A DNA stretch of 30,715 nt from the IMG/VR virus record IMGVR_UViG_3300033402_000608, positions 1 through 30,715 of that record; one strand, given 5' to 3'. This stretch comes from a virus (Duplodnaviria; Caudoviricetes). Below the pieces are notes generated by a model. The model ran no database searches. It was not told the DNA's origin and saw nothing but the letters and a program-made list of their open reading frames with translations. Below are positions 16,654 through 23,808 of this stretch, piece after piece. The position numbers and the translations under genes are program-made. Every line of letters starts with the position of its first letter. Within the stretch, counting starts at the first letter, position 1.

Positions 16654-18135
16654 CTACAAATCCAAAATCTGTTCGTCGCTCAACTTCCCGTAATCCACCC
16701 GCCCGCGGTTCCCCGTTCGTCCGCCAGCGCGCGGCTCCGAGCTCTCGCCGTGTGCGGAACTCTGGCCGGACTTCCCCGTCCGTGGCGCCGGCTTCGCAGT
16801 GGTTTCGCGCGCCTCTCGCGAATCACCAGTTACCATTTCCGCCGCTCGGCTCTTCCCTTTTGTCCCCAGCGTCGCCGCCGTCCAGCTCCCCACCACCCGC
16901 TTTACCGCGCCTGGCACCAACTGCTGCGCCCGCCCATCAATTACCCGCACCACCTGGGCCCGCGTGGCATCGTCAAACCGCCGCGCCCCCAGAATTTTCG
17001 CCACTTGCTCGCCTAGTTGCGCGTCACTCTTGAGAGCCGCTTCTACCTCCTCGCGCACCGCCGCGCCCAATCTCTCCTGTAAAGGTGTGCCCTGCGAAGC
17101 CGCGTCTCGCCCCGCTCGATCCAGGCTTCTCAGGTTTGGCAGCGCCTGCTCGATTGCTCGCGCAATGGCCCCGCCCACGCTCTTCTCCAACTCCGCATTC
17201 GTCGCCTTCTCAAAATTCACATACGCCGGCGGAATCTGAGGCACAACCGGCTGTCCATCGTTTCCGTCCCTGTAGCTCACCCCTTCAGGGGTGAGGCCTT
17301 TCCTGGCCCCCGGCCCGCGATCCAACTGACTGTTGTCATCCCGCCTGCCCTGAGCGTAGTCGAAGGGAGCGGAAGTCTGCGCATTTTGCCGACCGGAGTC
17401 GAGGGACCCTGGCTTGCTCCCCGCGTCTTGCCGCTGTTCGCTGCCCGGCGACGACTGGCCGCGAGCCTCCAGCAATCTCACTCCCGCGGCCACCATCTCG
17501 CGAAACGCCGCAGGATCCTGCTCCATCAATCTCTGCGCCAATTGCACCCTGGCCGCGCTTATCTCCTCCGCCGGCTTCCCCGCCGCGCCAAAATACGCGC
17601 CATCAAACTCATCCAACTGCCGTGCGCGTTCCGCCGCCGATTTCGCCTCGTTCACTCCGCCGGGATAAATCTCCTTCAGCGCGCGAGCCTCGGCAGGCGT
17701 TGCAATTGCCTCGCGATAAGCCGCCGCCTCCTGCCTCGCCTGCACCGCGCCTTCCCACAACTCCTTTGCCTCATCCCCATGCCAGGGATCGCGCATTCTC
17801 TCCGCCAGCCATTGTGGCGGTGCCTGTGGCACAGACACTCCTGTCTGTGCTCTCGGGGTACCTTCATCCGCCCCCCGCCTCTCTTCCGTACGCGCTTTCC
17901 CCGCTTCCGTAACTTCTTGCCGCGTCAGGTCCCCTGTCGCACCCTTGCCGTCCGCAACGTTCTCCGCCGCGCCCCGTTCTACGCTCGTTCCGGCGTCCTC
18001 CAGCAGTTGCTCGTCCGTCAGCGCTGCCCCAGGTGCTCCCTCCGGCTCCATCCCCAAGATCTGCTCATCCGTCAGCGCAAACACTTCCTGCAGCGATCCG
18101 CCAGTTCCAACCCCGGTTGCTACGCTTGCACTCAC
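16654..18135 (-). CDS. Capsid scaffolding-like protein with in-frame repeat insertions
   Basis: 493 aa, Ala/Glu/Arg-rich helical, lies between portal and capsid; L(T/S)DEQ(I/L)L motif twice at N-term and once at C-term. Confidence 0.7.
   Translation of the reverse strand: MSASVATGVGTGGSLQEVFALTDEQILGMEPEGAPGAALTDEQLLEDAGTSVERGAAENVADGKGATGDLTRQEVTEAGKARTEERRGADEGTPRAQTGVSVPQAPPQWLAERMRDPWHGDEAKELWEGAVQARQEAAAYREAIATPAEARALKEIYPGGVNEAKSAAERARQLDEFDGAYFGAAGKPAEEISAARVQLAQRLMEQDPAAFREMVAAGVRLLEARGQSSPGSEQRQDAGSKPGSLDSGRQNAQTSAPFDYAQGRRDDNSQLDRGPGARKGLTPEGVSYRDGNDGQPVVPQIPPAYVNFEKATNAELEKSVGGAIARAIEQALPNLRSLDRAGRDAASQGTPLQERLGAAVREEVEAALKSDAQLGEQVAKILGARRFDDATRAQVVRVIDGRAQQLVPGAVKRVVGSWTAATLGTKGKSRAAEMVTGDSREARETTAKPAPRTGKSGQSSAHGESSEPRAGGRTGNRGRVDYGKLSDEQILDL
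17271..17297. repeat. Palindrome family C (GTAGCTCACCCCTTCAGGGGTGAGG); copy at 21519-21545, variants ~12392-12420 and ~30331-30355
   Basis: Hairpin CTCACCCC-TTCA-GGGGTGAG; translated as PEGVSY in both scaffold and portal. Confidence 0.8.
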
Positions 18136-18147
18136 GTCGTTTCTCCC

Positions 18148-18175
18148 AATAAAAAAGCCGCAATCTCTCGCGGCC
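18148..18175 (-). terminator. Intrinsic terminator-like hairpin just upstream of the scaffold gene
   Basis: Minus strand GCCGCGA-GAGA-TTGCGGC followed by TTTTTTATT. Confidence 0.65.
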
Positions 18176-18324
18176 TAAATTCTTCGCTTAATTTCCGTAG
18201 TACCCAAGGACAACCGTACAAACGCCTGACCTAAGGGTCAGTCAATTGCGGACCTGTACCACTGTACCTAATTTCATCCGATGTGCAGTAGCCGTTCGTT
18301 CACGCTCATGTTTATGATCGAGGT

Positions 18325-18400
18325 GCGGCGGTAGCTCACAAGTACGAGAGCACCGGGTTGCTAACCCGGAGAAAGGGGTCCGAATCCCTCCGCCGCACCA
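18325..18400 (+). tRNA. Atypical/possibly degenerate tRNA with GCU (Ser) anticodon but short variable loop
   Basis: GCGGCGG/CCGCCGC-A-CCA acceptor; GCTC/GAGC D stem; CCGGG-TTGCTAA-CCCGG; 5-nt variable loop; GGGG-TCCGAAT-CCCT T arm; lacks D-loop GG and TTC; TATGAT -10 box at 18313-18318. Confidence 0.6.
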
Positions 18401-18454
18401 AATGCAATTACCATCTGACTGCGCCTCCTGATACATGTCAACTGTACGGACGGC

Positions 18455-18541
18455 CTATAACCCAGCCAGCCCAGGTACAGGTTTTGTGCCTTGGGAGACC
18501 ATCGCACGCAAATGCGCTTCCGCGTGTGCCCGCGCACATTC
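18455..18541 (-). pseudogene. Orphan duplicate of the portal C-terminal anchor with short alternative tail
   Basis: 18500-18541 matches 19891-19930 (2 substitutions, one 2-nt indel); reads RAHAEAHLRAM-VSQGTKPVPGLAGL*. Confidence 0.8.
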
Positions 18542-18548
18542 CGCGCGC

Positions 18549-19124
18549 CTACCGAGTTACCTCGATCCAGACCGGGTCAGAGGGGATCGATGGGGTATCG
18601 TCCCAGAGCGCGGGCAGGTCGCGCAATTGCGGCGCGACCATTTCCTTGGGAAGCCTGCTTCGGTATAGGAATCGGAGGGAGTACCTCCCCGGCTTAGGAA
18701 AGAAATCCCTGGCCACAAGATAATAAGATCTCCCGTAGAAGAACCCTGCGTCCAAGCGAACGAGGATGGATGTGTCCTCGCTAGGCGGCGGAGGCATCAG
18801 TTCCTCCTGGAGGTGAGGTAGTGGAACATCTTTACCCTGCTCATCGCGGACATCCAAGCCGAGACCGGTGCCAATTCCACAACAGAACATCCTCCTATCA
18901 ACGTAGATCGTCTCCTCGCCGGCGTTTTCGAGCAAAACATTCACCCTTACGTCATCGTTCAGGGAATACTTCCCATGGTCCGTACAAACGGTCACCTTGA
19001 TCGCCCGCGCCGGGCGGGGTGTCGCTTTCTGCTGTGCAACCCGGGTGGAAGCCGCATTGTCGCCTGTCTGAAAAAGGAAAATCGCGAAAGCACAAATCCG
19101 AAAGAATCTCACGAATAAGAGCAT
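18549..19124 (-). CDS. Exported Ig-like protein, candidate immunity/protease inhibitor
   Basis: ATG 19124 with AGAGG RBS, 13 nt after the portal stop; hydrophobic N-term; YSLNDDVRVNVLLEN..DEQGKDV..PGRYSLRFLY beta-sandwich pattern reminiscent of BsuPI-type inhibitors. Confidence 0.6.
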   Translation of the reverse strand: MLLFVRFFRICAFAIFLFQTGDNAASTRVAQQKATPRPARAIKVTVCTDHGKYSLNDDVRVNVLLENAGEETIYVDRRMFCCGIGTGLGLDVRDEQGKDVPLPHLQEELMPPPPSEDTSILVRLDAGFFYGRSYYLVARDFFPKPGRYSLRFLYRSRLPKEMVAPQLRDLPALWDDTPSIPSDPVWIEVTR

Positions 19125-19137
19125 GACGGACCTCTTG

Positions 19138-22100
19138 CTAATAAGTGTATCCCTTCTCCATGTGCTCTTGCATCGTTGCTCGATTTTTGTCATCCATCCA
19201 ATTCTGGAGAGAGCTTCTCTCATTGGGACTGAAACCAATCTTGTTCCCGATGCCGAGCTGAACCCTGCTTGCAGACTGCTCGTCTCTCCATCGTTCCGTA
19301 CCCGAATATTTGCCAGAGTTCAGGTAATGCTGCCCTTCATGCCCAAAGAGCGAGGCCAGCCAAGCAGCTGAAACGCCGGCAGCCTCCATGTAGTCCTTGG
19401 ACAAAGTCATGGAGCCCTTGCCGGTCGCACCGAGTTTGTCCTTGTCGGAAGCGGTCTCGAATACCGAGGAAATCTCCCCGATGGCTTTCTTTTCGTCGTC
19501 TGTTAGCTTGTCGGCATTCTTGTTGAGCAGGTCCACAGCAGCGGCAATCTCTTTGCTGGCTCGAAGCTTTTCCTCAACGGAGAGCCGTGGGTCGTAGGCA
19601 ATTGTCACGTCTTTGTTCAGAACCTTTATAGACGCAGCCGGCTGCGCCTGCGCCGGTTGCTTCCCCTGGGGCTCGCTGATCAAAACGTGATTGCCGTTAA
19701 TCGTAACCCAGTGATCCCCCTGACCATCACGCTCCGCGTCGGCGCGTGTTGAAGATTCTCTGGGCGTCCGAGCTACCATTGGCGCGCGCGGCTCATGCAC
19801 CGGAGCCGGGGCCGGCGGGGGACTGACCTGGCCTCGGCGCACGGCGGGCGGCTGCTGGGTCGAGGAGTCAGTCGGTGGTGCGAATGTCGTCATCGCGCGC
19901 AAATGCGCTTCCGCGTGCGCCCGCACATTCGCGAACCCCGCGGGATTCGTCATCTTCGCCGACTGCCCGGCTTCCGAATTGGCCCACCGCTTGCACTCCT
20001 CGAACTCCACCGCATGATCGTCAAGCAGTAAATCCACGGGCACGGACGGCAGCACGACAGTTCGTGGCCCGTGTTCCGTGTCCCGTGTTCCGCCGGAATC
20101 GTTCGGCGAGCCCTCTGGATTCTCTGCTTTGCCAGCCACGGACGAATCACGAGTCACGTTTTCGGACACATGTACAACGATTGGCACGCTTCCCAACAGC
20201 ACCTGGATCTCTCGCAACTGCTTATTCCGCGAGTCTTCTCCTGGGATCACCAACTCCGTCAAGCCCAGCACATTCTTGATGTACCCAAGATTTGCCGGCT
20301 CCGCCAACGCCTCTTGAATCAGCGGATCCTTCAGCCCAAATAACTGCTGCAGCACGCCGCGCTGCTGCGACTTCAACCGCGGGAACGTCTCATCCGCCTC
20401 CGGATGCACGCAGATATTTCCTTTCAAATCCCCCACCCGAATCATGCGTGCGTCCAGCGTCCCATCCGGACCCAGCAGCGGCACATCCACATCCTCCGGC
20501 CGGTTTTTCCGGAAGCAGTCCACCCCCAGCAGCATCACTTCGCCATAAAACTGTTTCAGCCGCCGCCACACCAATCCCAATCGCCCCATGGCCTGGTCGC
20601 GAGCCATTGCATAGCCGCTCGCCGTCTTCACATCCTCCATGTTTCCGCCGAACACCGCGGGAAACAGCCCGGTCAAGAATTGCGACACCGGCCCAATCAA
20701 ATCCTGCTGGTGGCGAACCAAGTCCGGAGGCACCTGGGCCGGCGCCGGCTGGAAAAATCCCGCCGCCAAAGGCTGGCCCGGGCGCGCTCGCGCGGGGAAA
20801 TGCGCTGCAGGCTCCGCCACCTGGTTGGCCAGCGCATCGAAGTCCAACACCTGCGGATCGGCGTAAATCGGCGGGATGCCGTATTCATACGTCTCCGCCT
20901 GCATGTTGCTCAGCGTGTTGTAGCGCTCCTGCACCTGCACCAGCGAATCGCCCACGCTCGGGCGGTTCTGCCCGTCCCCTGGCAGCGCGTGCAGCACCCG
21001 CCAGTGATCGTCCATACTTTCGTTGCGCGCCTCGCAGTACACATCGCCCGCAAACCCCACGTAGCAGCCATCCGGGAAGAGCGCCAGCAGTTCGTTGCGC
21101 ACCTCTTCATTCTCAATTCCGTAAAACGCCCACGGCCGCAGCCACGTGCGGTCGAACGTAATCAGGTTCATTAGCGCGTCGCCGGGATGAATCGACGGCA
21201 ACCCTTGCTCCACGCTCAGCCGCGACACGCGTGCGTACACATCCTCCGGCCCCTGGGAGGGCGCCGACTCGATTTTCCCCGCAGCCAGCGGATACGCCGC
21301 CTTCAATTTTGCGCGGTGCACTTCCGCCTGCCATTGCAGGTACGGATACTCGTGCATCTCGTTCGCCCAGACCGGCGTATTCAGTTCCAGCCCACCCGCA
21401 ATCGAGATCACTTCCTGGCCGTTCGCCACGCGCCGCGTCTCCACGACACGCGGCACCGTCACTCGCTCCGCCCTACGCAAATCCCTTTCGCCCAACTCCG
21501 CCCCGCACCCCGGACACGTGTAGCTCACCCCTTCAGGGGCGAGGCTTTCCCCAGCCAGGTCCACGGCGTACGCCGATTCGGGGTTGTGTCCTGTCCCAGC
21601 GCCGCTACCTACCGCTCCGTCATTCTCGCCAAATCCGAAATTGTCATCCCGAGCGGAGGTCTGCGCCTTCTGCAGACCGGAGTCGAGGGATCGGGGCAAG
21701 TTCCCTGCGTCTTGAATAGTTTCCTGATCGCTGATCGCGGAACGCGGATATCCGTTCTGTACTTCCTCATATCCCACGACCGGGGTCTCCCTGCCGCAGG
21801 AGGGACAAACCCACGTGTCAACCCCCAACGGAATCTCCACGGCCGCCAGGATCTCTTCCTCGCGAAAACCGAAGCGCTGCCCATCCTTCACGAACCGCAC
21901 GTACGCGCCCAGCTTCCCATCCGTCCACAGAAAATATCCGATCGACGTCAGCAGTTGCTCCACATGGTTATTTCGCTCGATGAGCTCCGCCACGTCGCTT
22001 GCCGCGCGCGCCGCGGCAATATCCACTAGCGATTGTGCGGATTGCGGGTAGAAGCGCACGCTGGGCACATCCTGCGAAAGCACCGCCACAAACGACAACC

Positions 22101-22584
22101 CAAATCCTTGATAAAAATTCGTCACAAACTGGTACCGCGGCATCTCTTCCAGCGTGCGGTCATCGTTGAACTTCTGCTCAAATGGCAGGTGCCAGTTCAT
22201 GTCATTGGGGTTCCACCAGGCATACTGCAAGCCCTGCCAAAAAAGCCGTGCCTGCCGAATCCGTCGGATCTCGTGCATCCGCGCCGCCACGCCCTCCACG
22301 CGGTATTGCCGCACCAGTTCCCGCAGCGCGTTCACCAGCTCCGGCCGTTCTTCCTCCAGCCTCTCGAAGTTCGGCCCCAGGTCCACTCCCTGGCTCACCT
22401 GACTCTGCAGCCCGTCATTCCGAACGGAGTCCGCGAAGCGCGGGTTTTGCGCCCCGTACGCTTCGTCGGGGCGAGGAATCTCTCCGAAACTTGCCCCCAC
22501 GTCTCCCGCCCCCGCATTGCCATCCGCCGGCGCGGTCATCCCGGCTTCCCAATTTGTGATCGCGTTGTCCATGCCGTCTCTCAC
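19138..22584 (-). CDS. Portal protein fused to a C-terminal HExxH metallopeptidase-like domain
   Basis: 1148 aa, second gene downstream of TerL on this strand; podovirus portal-like core (YQFVTNFY, VQVQERYNTL, KTASGYAMARDQA) ends at AHAEAHLRAM; then Pro-rich linker, WVTINGNHVLI and FGHEGQHY..DE domain. Confidence 0.8.
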   Translation of the reverse strand: MRDGMDNAITNWEAGMTAPADGNAGAGDVGASFGEIPRPDEAYGAQNPRFADSVRNDGLQSQVSQGVDLGPNFERLEEERPELVNALRELVRQYRVEGVAARMHEIRRIRQARLFWQGLQYAWWNPNDMNWHLPFEQKFNDDRTLEEMPRYQFVTNFYQGFGLSFVAVLSQDVPSVRFYPQSAQSLVDIAAARAASDVAELIERNNHVEQLLTSIGYFLWTDGKLGAYVRFVKDGQRFGFREEEILAAVEIPLGVDTWVCPSCGRETPVVGYEEVQNGYPRSAISDQETIQDAGNLPRSLDSGLQKAQTSARDDNFGFGENDGAVGSGAGTGHNPESAYAVDLAGESLAPEGVSYTCPGCGAELGERDLRRAERVTVPRVVETRRVANGQEVISIAGGLELNTPVWANEMHEYPYLQWQAEVHRAKLKAAYPLAAGKIESAPSQGPEDVYARVSRLSVEQGLPSIHPGDALMNLITFDRTWLRPWAFYGIENEEVRNELLALFPDGCYVGFAGDVYCEARNESMDDHWRVLHALPGDGQNRPSVGDSLVQVQERYNTLSNMQAETYEYGIPPIYADPQVLDFDALANQVAEPAAHFPARARPGQPLAAGFFQPAPAQVPPDLVRHQQDLIGPVSQFLTGLFPAVFGGNMEDVKTASGYAMARDQAMGRLGLVWRRLKQFYGEVMLLGVDCFRKNRPEDVDVPLLGPDGTLDARMIRVGDLKGNICVHPEADETFPRLKSQQRGVLQQLFGLKDPLIQEALAEPANLGYIKNVLGLTELVIPGEDSRNKQLREIQVLLGSVPIVVHVSENVTRDSSVAGKAENPEGSPNDSGGTRDTEHGPRTVVLPSVPVDLLLDDHAVEFEECKRWANSEAGQSAKMTNPAGFANVRAHAEAHLRAMTTFAPPTDSSTQQPPAVRRGQVSPPPAPAPVHEPRAPMVARTPRESSTRADAERDGQGDHWVTINGNHVLISEPQGKQPAQAQPAASIKVLNKDVTIAYDPRLSVEEKLRASKEIAAAVDLLNKNADKLTDDEKKAIGEISSVFETASDKDKLGATGKGSMTLSKDYMEAAGVSAAWLASLFGHEGQHYLNSGKYSGTERWRDEQSASRVQLGIGNKIGFSPNERSSLQNWMDDKNRATMQEHMEKGYTY

Positions 22585-22841
22585 AATCTCTTCTCTGCGC
22601 CTGTGGCACAGTCACTCCTGACTGTGCTCTTGGGTTCTTCTTCCAGCGCCACCAACTCATGATCTTGAGGGTGCCCCACCCTTCGCGAACTTCGCGAAGG
22701 GTGGGCTCTTACGATCAAACGCCTCGCTCCCTCTTCTCTGCGCCCTCTGTCTCCCTATCTCTGTGAGCTCTGTGTTACCGTCCTTCTTGCTTGCATTTCT
22801 CTTCTTCTCTGTTGGGTTTCTGTCTCCTCAATTCCCGCCCG

Positions 22842-23105
22842 TCATCCCCTCATCGCTTCCTGTTCTTTCTTCATCTGCATCTGCTGCCACGATCTCCGCC
22901 GCAATCTCGGCAACTCCACCGGCTTCACCGGCTCCGCAAACTCCACAGGCGGAAATCCCGCCGTCCCCAACAGCGAATTCAGCAGCGCCCGGTTCTCCCC
23001 CCGCAAACGCGCCACTTCCTCTTCCAGCAAACCCACATACCGGGTCCGAAAGAAGCCCCGGATCAAGCTTTGAGTGGTCATCATGTCAGATAGAATGTCA
23101 GACAA
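22842..23105 (-). CDS. Small coiled-coil phage protein between TerL and portal (start probably ~23081-23084)
   Basis: RYVGLLEEEVARLRGENRALLNSLL coiled coil; co-oriented. Confidence 0.55.
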   Translation of the reverse strand: MSDILSDMMTTQSLIRGFFRTRYVGLLEEEVARLRGENRALLNSLLGTAGFPPVEFAEPVKPVELPRLRRRSWQQMQMKKEQEAMRG

Positions 23106-23139
23106 AATGTCTTACAAATGTCAGATGCCATGCTATACT
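23083..23139 (+). promoter_or_regulatory. TA promoter with four direct-repeat boxes
   Basis: ATGTCAGA at 23083, 23095, 23118 and ATGTCTTA at 23107; extended -10 TGCTATACT at 23131-23139. Confidence 0.65.
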
Positions 23140-23160
23140 AGTTCAGCAAGGGAAACCGCC

Positions 23161-23436
23161 ATGTCAAGCCACACCAACCGCCGCAAAATCTCCACCACCG
23201 TAGCCCCGGAGACCGATGCCTTCCTCAAATCTCTCGTTCGCCGGGGTAAGGCCGCCAACCTCGCCGAGGCCGTCGATCGCGCGGTTGCTGTCGCTCGCCG
23301 CGCCGAGTCACGCCGCCGCCTGGAAGCCGCTACCGCCGCCTACCACGAATCTCTGTCAAAGGAGAACATTGCAGAAGACAACGCCGTAGGGCTTGCACTG
23401 GCTCACGAATCAGGGAAGGTGAGCTTCGATGAATGA
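23161..23436 (+). CDS. Ribbon-helix-helix-type antitoxin (MazE-role)
   Basis: RRKISTTV..AFLKSLVRRG..NLAEAVDRAV, acidic C-term; overlaps the toxin start. Confidence 0.75.
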   Translation: MSSHTNRRKISTTVAPETDAFLKSLVRRGKAANLAEAVDRAVAVARRAESRRRLEAATAAYHESLSKENIAEDNAVGLALAHESGKVSFDE

Positions 23437-23794
23437 CGCCTATCCTCTGTGGCCCGTCTCCCATCGTGGGGAGATTTGGGCTGCCAATCTCGGCGACCCT
23501 CCCATCCGCCACTGGGTGGTCATTCTCTCCGTCGATGCGCGCAACCTCAGCTGCCACATCGACTCCATCCTGGTCGTGCCTTTCAGCTCAAGGGGCATCG
23601 AGGGCCCTTCCGTAATCCGCATGGAACCTGGGGAATCCGGGCTGCCTGCTGTCTCTTGGTTGAAATGCTATTTCATCAGTACTGTCCGCAAGGCGCAGCT
23701 TGTGGACAGACTTCCCCGCCCATTGTCGAACCGGCGCATGCAGGAGGTCTGTCTCGCCGTTCGCCGCGCAATTGACCCGGACGCCCCGTTCTAA
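23429..23794 (+). CDS. mazF: PemK/MazF-family endoribonuclease toxin
   Basis: RGEIWAANLG..RHWVVILS.D.RN..ILVVPFSS..ESGLPAVSWLKC..ISTVRK..LSNRRMQEV. Confidence 0.85.
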   Translation: MNDAYPLWPVSHRGEIWAANLGDPPIRHWVVILSVDARNLSCHIDSILVVPFSSRGIEGPSVIRMEPGESGLPAVSWLKCYFISTVRKAQLVDRLPRPLSNRRMQEVCLAVRRAIDPDAPF

Positions 23795-23808
23795 TCTCGC
23801 GCCGGCTT

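Noticed and set aside
18325-18400. tRNA as prophage attachment site
   Set aside because: It lies mid-cluster, I found no duplicated 3' end in the window, and no integrase is present
18214-18449. CCGTACA...TGTACGG inverted repeat flanking the second tRNA as MITE ends
   Set aside because: Only 7 bp match and there is no target-site duplication; may be chance
21500-21810. Intein in the portal (and in TerL at ~24450-24530)
   Set aside because: No C/S...HN splice motifs; the inserts are explained by DNA repeat families
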